Shown here piece by piece: positions 12,827-22,585 of a DNA stretch of 23,589 nt. Below the pieces are notes generated by a model. That model searched no databases and was not told the origin of the DNA. It saw only the letters and a list, made by a program, of their open reading frames with translations. The stretch covers positions 1-23,589 of the forward strand of contig JAQGDQ010001839.1 of assembly GCA_030141605.1 (NCBI GenBank), written 5' to 3'. Within the stretch, counting starts at the first letter, position 1. Each line of letters begins with the position of its first letter. A program made the translations under genes and the position numbers. This DNA comes from Tubiluchus corallicola (taxonomy: Eukaryota; Animalia; Priapulida).

Positions 12827-14600
12827 AATAAACTAATCTTGATCGAGACTGATACCATGCACCTTATGTAGGTGGAGAAACAGTAGTGCCATTTTAATAA
12901 CCAAAAAAGACAAGAAATTACCTCTTTTTTGCTGACATATTGTCAAAAATTTTCTCAGTAGTGAATTTTAAGTATGAACCACAATAGTGAAATTATTATT
13001 TTACTTCATGTACATGAGTTAAGTCATTATATACAGTAAAAACAAATGAACTGCTTTACATATATATATATATATAAAAGTAGGTGTAGCCGTCATACTG
13101 CCCCTCCATCTATGGGTGACCTTTTTACTATCGTGAGAGGAATTCTACAAAACAATGCTCAAAACTTAGGCAGGAAAAGAAGGCACTTCACGAATATCAA
13201 TTACGAATTTATAACAAAAACGCGGAAACTGCCCGCTAAAAGAAGAAACTCCAATTTTTTGCCATCAGAGGGCATTTCACACTCTACGACTTTAGCGCAA
13301 ACGTCTCGCAGGGACGCTAAACGTTCAACATGCCAATTTAGCTCCATCTGGTGGCAAAAAATAAATGAATTTAAAAACTTTTACAAACTCTATAAAAGCA
13401 TTAGAGGAAGTAAAACCCGCTAAAAAACTAAACCATCGAAATGCTAAAAAAGATGGTATATCTTAATCATGGACGGAATTTTCATTATGCTCGTGCGATG
13501 AACATTAAGTAAACAACAACGCAAACAGGAAATGAGACATTTCATAGATAAATTTAACTACAACTTACAACACAACCAATAATTCGTAACTGGAGGTAAC
13601 GACTTGGTTGCTACATAAACGCCAAAATTAAATTTCATCTCCATCGAATAGCGATGCAGTCGCATATTTCTGGATGTCAGCAACCGGATGCGTACGCAAA
13701 CTTCATGCGCTAAGTCACATGACTAATAACAGGCCAATCAAATTACGTCAGTAGCAACCAGTTCGTTCCACTTGTGCATTTTAGCTGCCAGAATAAAATT
13801 TTGAGAAAATAAAAAAACCTTTTTCTCGAAAAACAATTTAGAAAGACCAAACGATACGACTGTAAATTCAGTTTAAAGTGCAAAAATCAATTTGTGAGAT
13901 ACTAATCGCACTTCTCAGTTGAAGATTGTTCATTTAACGTGAGTGTGATGAAAAGTGAATAACGTGAGGTCAACACACGCACTATATAAACGCGTACAAT
14001 ATATACATATTTGGTTTGAATCTCAATAAATTGCATGCCTCCTCCTAGCAAGGAACCTTTTAAAACTCTGAATGGCAATAACAGTTAAAAACAAACTACA
14101 AAAATGCAACATTTGAAAAAAGTCCGCGAGAAAAACATCAACAACGAAATTAGCCGTTCTTCTGTTCATCACAGTCTTGCGGGTTCAATTCCAAGGCACT
14201 TAAACTATCATTCATTTCAAAAAATAGACAAACATCAAATACGAATTGAAGCGAACAAAGCAAAGATATGAAGTGAGCAAAAAAAACACGCCTTGTTTCT
14301 CACGGAAATGACGAAAGCAACAACTGTACAAATTCGTAACTAGAACGGTGTCCGACCAATGACGAAAAAGCTTACAGTTTCCGGAAGATGATATGAACGG
14401 GGGTGGTCTCAGAGACGATAATAAACTGTTTTGCCATTGGTCGGAAAAAGATACTGAGATTCAAATGAGCAAATGCATAAATAATACGATTTAAATATAA
14501 TTAGGCTATCTAAAATGTGAAGCTGAATATCCAAATTCGAAGCAAAGTTCAAAAAAAAAATGTCCCGTCAGCACCAGGCCAGTTGGTCCCCTAACGCTGC

Positions 14601-14621
14601 TTACTCTTCTCCACCTCGACC
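14601..14621 (-). CDS. PKD2: Candidate terminal PKD2 exon, coding GRGGEE* and continuing as 3' UTR
   Basis: Long T-rich tract ending TTTTTTTCTAG acceptor at 14623-14622; phase 0 fits the donor at 15153; TAA at 14603-14601. No homology support. Confidence 0.55.
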   Translation of the reverse strand, partial: GRGGEE

Positions 14622-15144
14622 CTAGAAAAAAATCAATAAGAAATCAATAAATCAATAAATAACAAAAATCGACAAACGCAACAGTGTTTGCCACAGTGAA
14701 AGTAAAATGTTAGCCAAAGTTATTTGCGCATGTTTAACGATAAAGCATTTTAATTCTGTGCAGTAACAATCACTATAATGAAGATGACAGAAGTGAGCTT
14801 AGGTTCAAAGTTAAGCAATATTCAGGTCTACCAGTAAAAGGATAGGTACCCATGCTGGAAAAACTACTTCTATCAGCGAGAAGATTAAACAGTCGGGATC
14901 AGGGGTATATCAAGACTTTACGACGCTCTAGCTGATGGTTTTGTCCTACTCATCTCTAATGTGAATGTATGGTTGTTTATGTTGTGAACAGATTAAACAA
15001 TAACTTGTGGTGTGTTAGAAACACTATTAACCTAGTTTTGAACGCAAAAGCTTTGCAAGAATGATTTCGGTTTTGTTTTGTTTCAGGTAACACCCCTGCA
15101 ACACACCAGTACAAAGGTCCCCGGAAGAACCGCATCTAAGAACG

Positions 15145-15300
15145 TCAACTTACGGCCTTGCCGGATCTGCCACCTGGTGACTTGCCCCTCGGTGATTTGC
15201 CCCGCGGTGACTGCTGGGGTGACTCGTCCCATTTAGTCAGCTCTTCTCGGACTAGTCGTTCCATTTGTTCCCGCTTGGTTGCATCTGAACTTTGCTCATT
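15145..15300 (-). CDS. PKD2: Polycystin-2 C-terminal exon: NEQSSDATKREQMERLVREELTKWDESPQQSPRGKSPRGKSPGGRSGKA(VS*)
   Basis: CAG acceptor at 15303-15301; REQMERLVREEL is identical to human PC2 (recalled). Ends either at TGA (15147-15145) or at the GTAAGT donor starting at 15153. Confidence 0.92.
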   Translation of the reverse strand, partial: NEQSSDATKREQMERLVREELTKWDESPQQSPRGKSPRGKSPGGRSGKAVS

Positions 15301-15602
15301 CTGAACGCAAACAAGATTTTTGCATAAAAACCGACTAATTACTCGGCTTAAATAAAATTAAATTAAATTTACTATACGCGCCATTTTGGCATTCAAATTA
15401 ACTTTCGAAAAAAATCGAACTCTAGAAAGTTAAATAAGTAATTTTAAACTTGTTCCCGTGAACATCAAAAATGCTCCCTCAAAAAACAGTGTGAAAGTAC
15501 CATTAATACGTTTTCAGAAACAGCAGGAAAATTGCAAAACAGCTTGAAATATATTGACCTTCCAGACGAACAATATTGACCACTGCTACAAGATTTAGAC
15601 TA

Positions 15603-16122
15603 CACTCATATCTCGGTTTGCTGGACCTTGCCTTTACGGATATCGAAAGAATCGGACGAAATCTGGACAGTTAAAAAGTCCAGCATACTTCGGACACAGT
15701 CCGTCGTTTTGCGAGTTGACATCTTTTGTTTACATCATTACATCAGCGTAACCACGTGTACATCACTATGAATTTATTTATTCATTTATTTATTTATTAA
15801 ATATCCACAGCGATCGTTACAGCATAGCACATAAAAAAGAATTTAATAACATATTTATTATTACGTACATAACATGTCAAGCTGCAAATGACGGCGGCAT
15901 AAAAATATCAATTATGCGGAGTTATTTGAGTCAATTGCCGACAATTTTTTAAAACCTTTGCATTTGAGCGGCCCGTACTAGACGTTTTTGAAACAATTAG
16001 GTGATCGATTCTACATCACCGTGAGTCTAATACACGATGCCTACCGTATTAGTTAGTATTGGTAAAATTTGAACCGACGTATCCCCCCCCCCGCTTTTGT
16101 CCAGCAAACCGAAATATGAGTG
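15603..16122. mobile_element. Intronic MITE with 24-bp TIRs and TA flanks
   Basis: TA|CACTCATATCTCGGTTTGCTGGAC...GTCCAGCAAACCGAAATATGAGTG|TA (one mismatch); superfamily uncertain. Confidence 0.88.
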
Positions 16123-16540
16123 TATAGTATGGAAGTTTTTACTAGTTTCTCAACGACTGAAAATTTAGCTAGTTATGGCAAAACAACATGTAAGTTTATA
16201 TATATATAGTTAGTTAGTTTTTTTTTCAGTTTTTTATAGCCATATCATGGCTTTCAAGTAGCAAATTTAAAAGTACTAATTAACCTGTAGGCTGATAATG
16301 TTCATTTCAGATAAGATGACAATTAAGCTTGTTCAACTAAGGATTCCCCAAATTTTGATGTGGTTAATGTACGTTTGACCTTTGACCTCAATGTAGCAAA
16401 TCTTTTGGCCAAATGATTTCATATATTGACAACAAATGCGACCTTCGGTTAATTACCAATGCTTCCATTAATTATGCAGTGTTTCAACACGGTTAATTAA
16501 CATTACATCTCAGATGCAACTCACAAACACAAATGCTTAC

Positions 16541-16688
16541 TTCAGTTATACTATCCAACAACTTCGACATGGTTTCTCGACGTTTGACTTTTGCTCTCTC
16601 CATTGCCTCCAACTTCACTAGGACGGCGTCAATCTTAGAAACAATACTGCCAATTGAGTGCTCCATTCTGTCGACTCGACGTGTTAAA
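16541..16688 (-). CDS. PKD2: Polycystin-2 exon (coiled coil): [49 protein letters not shown]
   Basis: CAG acceptor, GTAAGC donor at 16540; 148 bp, phase 2 to 0. Contains the PC2 signature [20 protein letters not shown]. Confidence 0.97.
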
Positions 16689-16786
16689 CTGCAATAAAAA
16701 TCGTCACGATAGTCACAGGTTCAAATCAAGACTTGGATATAATTTTTCTAACACGATTTTACATTTTGAATTGTTTTGCACCATAC

Positions 16787-16854
16787 ACTTCACTTTACTT
16801 CACTCACACTTCACTTTACTTCACTCACACTTCACTTTACTTTACTCACACTTC
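16787..16854. repeat. 21-bp tandem repeat x3 overlapping a PKD2 splice donor
   Basis: ACTTCACTTTACTTCACTCAC units at 16787, 16808 and 16829. Confidence 0.93.
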
Positions 16855-16986
16855 GAAATCTTCAAAAGAGACGCCGGCACGAGATCGTCCTCCTCCTCCT
16901 TCATCCAGACTAGAATCGGGGCGTGCGCTTTTTGGACGGGCTGATGCATCCGCTTGCGTAGTGTGAATGTCCTGCTCTAGCTGAGC
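16850..16986 (-). CDS. PKD2: Polycystin-2 exon (linker): AQLEQDIHTTQADASARPKSARPDSSLDEGGGGRSRAGVSFEDFE(V)
   Basis: CAG acceptor at 16989-16987 and GTGAGT donor at 16849; 137 bp, phase 0 to 2. Ends in GVSFEDFEV, matching human GVSYEEFQV. Confidence 0.93.
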
Positions 16987-17459
16987 CTGTTAAAGAAACA
17001 AACCAATTGCAACCTATTTCACTGGATTCAGATTACTAAAACAATGAAAAACCATCCAGAAACTTTAAAGTGACCTGTTTTGTCAAACTTTAAAAACAAC
17101 TTGGCAGAGCAAAAAAATTTTACAGGCAAAATTTTTAGTAAAACTTATTATCGTAATTACTAAATCGCTATAAACAAAATAAGCAAGTATCACCAACGGC
17201 TCTTCGAAGAAGAAAAAAACACTGAAAATCTAGCAACTGAAGTCAATAGAACCGTAAATATACGTATCATTTTATAATATTATTTAACAAGAGTAACTAG
17301 TTCTAACTAGAAAACCCAAATATATCAGAAAAGTGTGGACCTATGCTGTCATTAAATAAACTCACTGTACAAAAACAGAGAAAACAATGTGTAAAATGAT
17401 GTATAACACAAAATGATAAAATCATGTATGTTATGTATGCGCAGTGCTTTAACAACTTT

Positions 17460-17712
17460 ACCTTTACTTCTGTTGATATTATACGGTGCCGTGTTCTACC
17501 ACAGTGCCTTTTGAGCCGATTTGCTAAGAACGCTCTCGGTTTGTTGTTAACTGGCAAGGGTTTTGTACAGTCTGGTATAGCAACGTTTAGTTTTTTTAGC
17601 ATTCCGCAAGGATGTGTTCTTGGACCACCCCTTTTTAGCTTTTTCATAACGAATCTTCTTAGCCTTTTCATTAAAGGCAGTCTTTTTGAAGAGTTCATTT
17701 TTGCTGCAGGTA
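17460..17712 (+). pseudogene. Degraded LINE reverse-transcriptase fragment in a PKD2 intron (antisense to the gene)
   Basis: SIPQGCVLGPPLFSFFITNL...FIFAAG resembles the non-LTR RT motif GVPQGSxLGPLLFxxYxNDL...FADD, with the catalytic aspartates lost. Confidence 0.7.
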
Positions 17713-17755
17713 AAGAGTTCTTTCAACGAAATTAGAGTTAGTTTTTTTTAGTTAC

Positions 17756-17873
17756 CTGTTGGCCCTCCAAATCACGCAGCATCAAACGTTGCTCTTCCTC
17801 ATCCAGGATGCGGTCGCCGTCGACGTCGTATTTTGCAAACACGGTTTCTATTTCAGCGTCCGCATATCCACGT
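17756..17873 (-). CDS. PKD2: Polycystin-2 exon (EF-hand 2): RGYADAEIETVFAKYDVDGDRILDEEEQRLMLRDLEGQQ
   Basis: TAG acceptor at 17876-17874, CAG|GTAACT donor; 118 bp, phase 2 to 0, joins the previous exon in frame. Matches human [39 protein letters not shown]; canonical loop DVDGDRILDEEE. Confidence 0.96.
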
Positions 17874-18887
17874 CTAATAAGAACAAAAGTAAGGACTGAT
17901 TTAAAATGTAAAGCACAAGCCACAGTCTGCTACCACACAGATGCTATATCCTGTTCAAACAACATGCCACATAAACAGCAATCTAAAGAAGTCAAATCTA
18001 AGCAGGATACTATATTAAACGATTTAAAAATCTTCCGTAAGAAAATCCTAAATGTTAGTAGCACATGTATTACGTTTACCATGACGTCGTCAGACAGTTA
18101 AAAAAACGAAACAATCTATGATGGAATAAATTAGAACTTTAGTAGGACACAATTATTACTCACTCTAGCGATATTCCAAATTTTACAACAATGTGCAAAT
18201 TGGTGCAGAAAAAATAATTCCAGGATACAGGTGGACTTTTCAAACGATCATCACGAACAAAAGAATGCAACGAAATTTTTCAAAAATCATCAAAATAACT
18301 AAATGGTTTTTTATGTGGATTATGAGCCACCCATTTTTTACTGCAATATCGCGTATCTCGTTTTCGGTGTGCACATTTAGGATAAGAAGAAAAGACGTTT
18401 AATATTTGTGCACATAATTAAACAATTAAAACAGTACATAACCAGCAAGCCTAAACCATTCTTGTGCTCACGACATGCTTTAATAATGAAATCTTTTTAA
18501 AATTATCTTTGAGCTTGCCATTAAAAAACTTTTACTGAAGAAAACACTCCTTTGCATTTTTCTGACTTGGGTGCAGATATATTCTGAACACCACTTCAGC
18601 ATAACTCATTATAAATACAAACAAAAATTTCATTGTACCAAATAAGTAAAGCCTAATAATGTACTACAAAATTTTTTAAAAGAAAATTTTACCGTCTGAT
18701 TCTGTCACGCAGTTTTATTACTAACCATTTATACTTAGTCACCTTGGCACCTTCATTTTCGGTAACCATGATCACATTTTGTGACGTAGCGTTTCTAATA
18801 GCGACGTTCCAAGTAAGATATGACCATACTGGTTAGATAAAGATCTAAAGACCATTACCTTTACCACTAGCACTGTGCTTTTAGTAA

Positions 18888-20909
18888 AGACATTACCTTT
18901 CTATTGCGACTCAGAGAGGATGGTTTGACCTCGAGACATTACCTTTCTATTGCGATTCAGAGAGGATGGTTTGACCTCCAGACATTACCTTCCTATTGTG
19001 ACTCAGAGAGGATGGTTTGACCTCGAGACATCACCTTTCTATTGCGACTCAGAGAGGATGGTTTGACCTCGAGACATCACCTTTCTATTGCGACTCAGAG
19101 AGGATGGTTTGACCTCGAGACATGACCTTTCTATTGCGACTCAGAGAGGATGGTTTGACCTCGAGACATTACCTTCCTATTGCGACTCAGAGAGGATGGT
19201 TTGACCTCAATACATAACCTCCCTATTGCGACTCAGAGAGGATGGTTTGACCTCAATACATAACCTTTCTATTGCGACTCAGAGAGGATGGTTTGACCTC
19301 CAGACATTGCCTTCATATTGCAACTCAGAGAGGATGGTTTGACCTCCAGACATCACCTTTCTATTGCGACTCAGAGAGGATGGTTTGACCTCGAGACATA
19401 ACCTTTCTATTGCGACTCAGAGAGGATGGTTTGACCTCGAGACATCACCTTTCTATTGCGACTCAGAGAGGATGGTTTGACCTCGAGACATCACCTTTCT
19501 ATTGCGACTCAGAGAGGATGGTTTGACCTCGAGACATGACCTTTCTATTGCGACTCAGAGAGGATGGTTTGACCTCGAGACATTACCTTCCTATTGCGAC
19601 TCAGAGAGGATGGTTTGACCTCAATACATAACCTCCCTATTGCGACTCAGAGAGGATGGTTTGACCTCAATACATAACCTTTCTATTGCGACTCAGAGAG
19701 GATGGTTTGACCTCCAGACATTGCCTTCATATTGCAACTCAGAGAGGATGGTTTGACCTCGAGACATCACCTTTCTATTGCGACTCAGAGAGGATGGTTT
19801 GACCTCGAGACATTACCTTTCTATTGCGACTCAGAGAGGACGGTTTGACCTCGAGACATAACCTTTCTATTGCGACTCAGAGAGGATGGTTTGACCTCGA
19901 GACATGACCTTTCTATTGCGACTCAGAGAGGATGGTTTGACCTCGAGACATTACCTTTCTATTGCGACTCAGAGAGGATGGTTTGACCTCGAGACATAAC
20001 CTTTCTATTGCGACTCAGAGAGGATGGTTTGACCTCGAGACATAACCTTTCTATTGCGACTCAGAGAGGATGGTTTGACCTCCAGACATTACCTTCCTAT
20101 TGCGACTCAGAGAGGATGGTTTGACCTCGATACATTACCTTCCTATTGCGACTCAGAGAGGATGGTTTGACCTCGAGACATAACCTTTCTATTGCGACTC
20201 ATAGAGGATGGTTTGACCTCGAGACATCACCTTTCTATTGCGACTCAGAGAGGATGGTTTGACCTCGAGACATCACCTTTCTATTGCGACTCAGAGAGGA
20301 TGGTTTGACCTCGAGACATGACCTTTCTATTGCGACTCAGAGAGGATGGTTTGACCTCGAGACATTACCTTCCTATTGCGACTCAGAGAGGATGGTTTGA
20401 CCTCAATACATAACCTCCCTATTGCGACTCAGAGAGGATGGTTTGACCTCAATACATAACCTTTCTATTGCGACTCAGAGAGGATGGTTTGACCTCCAGA
20501 CATTGCCTTCATATTGCAACTCAGAGAGGATGGTTTGACCTCCAGACATTACCTTCATATTGCGACTCAGAGAGGATGGTTTGACCTCCAGACATAACCT
20601 TTCTATTGCGACTCAGAGAGGATGGTTTGACCTCCAGACATAACCTTTCTATTGCGACTCAGAGAGGATGGTTTGACCTCGAGACATAACCTTTCTATTG
20701 CGACTCAGAGAGGATGGTTTGACCTCGATACATTACCTTTCTATTGCGACTCAGAGAGGATGGTTTGACCTCGAGACATCACCTTTCTATTGCGACTCAG
20801 AGAGGATGGTTCGACCTCCAGACATTACCTTTCTATTGCGACTCAGAGAGGATGGTTCGACCTCCAGACATTACCTTTCTATTGCGACTCAGAGAGGATG
20901 GTTTGACCT
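18888..20909 (+). repeat. 46-bp satellite array 1, 44 units, intronic
   Basis: Consensus GACATNACCTTTCTATTGCGACTCAGAGAGGATGGTTTGACCTCGA; units counted by hand. Confidence 0.98.
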
Positions 20910-21119
20910 GGATAACTCTTAGTTCCTTCGCCACCCTTTTACCACTCTAATCAATAATGCCTTTCGCACTTTGTAATATTACTGAACGTTGTACAGATTT
21001 GTAAGTAGCTTAGTTACGTATTTAGCTATGATAAAAATGGTGCTAAACTAATAAACGAACTTACGTACTTACTTACATACACTCATACCGCATTACAAAC
21101 ACGCAAGAGCGATACTCAC

Positions 21120-21253
21120 GCTTTCAAAGTCTGTCTCCATTCTTCAAAGTCGAGTTTCTGATCTTTGTTGATGTCGGCCTGCTGCAGAGCTTTTTGGATG
21201 TCGATGATCTTTTCCTTTTTGATGTTCAATTTGTTCAGCATCTTATCGTAACC
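21120..21253 (-). CDS. PKD2: Polycystin-2 exon (post-S6 helix and EF-hand 1): GYDKMLNKLNIKKEKIIDIQKALQQADINKDQKLDFEEWRQTLK(A)
   Basis: Manual translation. AG acceptor at 21255-21254 and GTGAGT donor starting at 21119; 134 bp, phase 0 to 2. Aligns with human PC2 [41 protein letters not shown] (recalled). Confidence 0.95.
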
Positions 21254-21347
21254 CTAGACGAAGATTCAACTTTTCAAAAAGATGCTGAAACTTTCACGAA
21301 GTCAGCAGATTCTTTTCAAATTCACAAAATTTATTACTTTATTATTA

Positions 21348-21860
21348 CAGTGTTCCCTCGCTACTTCGCGGTGCGTTTATCGCAGACTCGCTGTTTCGCG
21401 GGTTTTCAAAAAGATTAATATAAAATATTTATCGCATTATTTTCGCTGTTTCGCGGGTTTTTGCGGTACTCCGTTTAAAGTATTTTTGCACATGCGTAGT
21501 ACGTATTGCACAGTAATGTATAGATTTGATGAATTTTGCATAAAATTCGGCACAGCTAATTGATGATCATCATTCTAGCTGTAGGACGTATCTTCAATGG
21601 TGAGTAACCACATCAAATTTTAAAATTACGCATCTAGGTTTAAGAGTTTAAACCATTTTTATGAACATTTACGTAAAGTTTTTTAAAAGGTACATGTACA
21701 GTATGGGAAAATTTATTATGAGAATGGGAAAGGGTTATGTATAAGCTATGTATAAACAATGTACAGCTACTAAAATAAGTATAGCATCCCTACTTCGCGG
21801 AAATTCACTTATCGCGGGTGGGCCTGGAACGGAGCACCCGCGATACGCGATGGAACACTG
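21348..21860 (+). mobile_element. Tc1/mariner (pogo/Tigger-like) MITE, copy 2
   Basis: TA|CAGTGTTCCCTCGC...GCGATGGAACACTG|TA; homologous to 11806-12301. Confidence 0.92.
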
Positions 21861-21957
21861 TATTACTTTACCAAAAAATCCTTAAAATAACGCATTAACT
21901 AGAAGATAATGCTAAAAAAACTGAAGACAGAGGATGATTCGATGTTTTTTATCAGAA

Positions 21958-22143
21958 CAGTCAAGCCTCAATATAATGCCTCCCTCCGTATAATGCCAAC
22001 TTCGTTCAGTGCCCATATTTTTGGCAAAACAAGATTTTTATATTTGCATAGACAAGTATGAATTAATACAATTCAAAGCTACCCATTCATAATTCCAAAT
22101 TTTTTTGCAGTCCCAAAGTAGGCAGTATAAAGAGGTTTGAATG
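21958..22143. mobile_element. Short, older pogo/Tigger-like MITE
   Basis: Imperfect TIRs CAGTCAAGCCTCAATATAATGCC / GGCAGTATAAAGAGGTTTGAATG, with TA on the right side only. Confidence 0.65.
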
Positions 22144-22223
22144 TAGGAAAATTCTTCGCTAACAGTAATAGTTTATAGAATATCAGTGCATTTCTGGGAA
22201 TTTCAATGCCCATCGAGAATATT

Positions 22224-22585
22224 CAGGGATGAGAATGACAAATTGCAAAAGACTCTGAAACAGGCCATAGGCAGCAACAAATTGCAATTTTGTGACCACA
22301 GAGAACCTCTAAGTGGACTTAAAATATCAGTTACCTTGTTTCATGCATAATTTAAAATACCCAACTATCAAGGATACATGATACCTAATTGTCTCAAAAA
22401 CGCGTCAGTACTGGCTGCTCCTATGCAAAAGTATATAAAAACTGTCTGCAATTGACTCAAATAACTCCGCACAATTGATTCCATATTTTTATACATAGAG
22501 ATATACACGTGTTTACACTGATGTACGTGATGTAAACAAAGTGGCGGCCTGCCAACTAGCGGTCAGCTTGTGAAATAATGTACTG
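22224..22585 (+). mobile_element. hAT-type MITE, second copy, cut off by the satellite
   Basis: Starts CAGGGATGAGAATGACAAATTGC and follows 8121-8537 with an internal deletion of about 50 bp; stops abruptly at GAAATAATGTACTG. Confidence 0.92.

Noticed and set aside
13046-13423. 125-aa ORF
   Set aside because: Starts through a (TA)n tract and has no recognisable domain.
14351-14445. Possible SECIS element
   Set aside because: ATGA is on the non-coding strand, the matching 3' GA is absent, and there is no in-frame Sec candidate.
16654-18101. Plus-strand ORFs 16654-16944, 16733-16966 and 17808-18101
   Set aside because: Antisense shadows of PKD2 exons and the 21-bp repeat.
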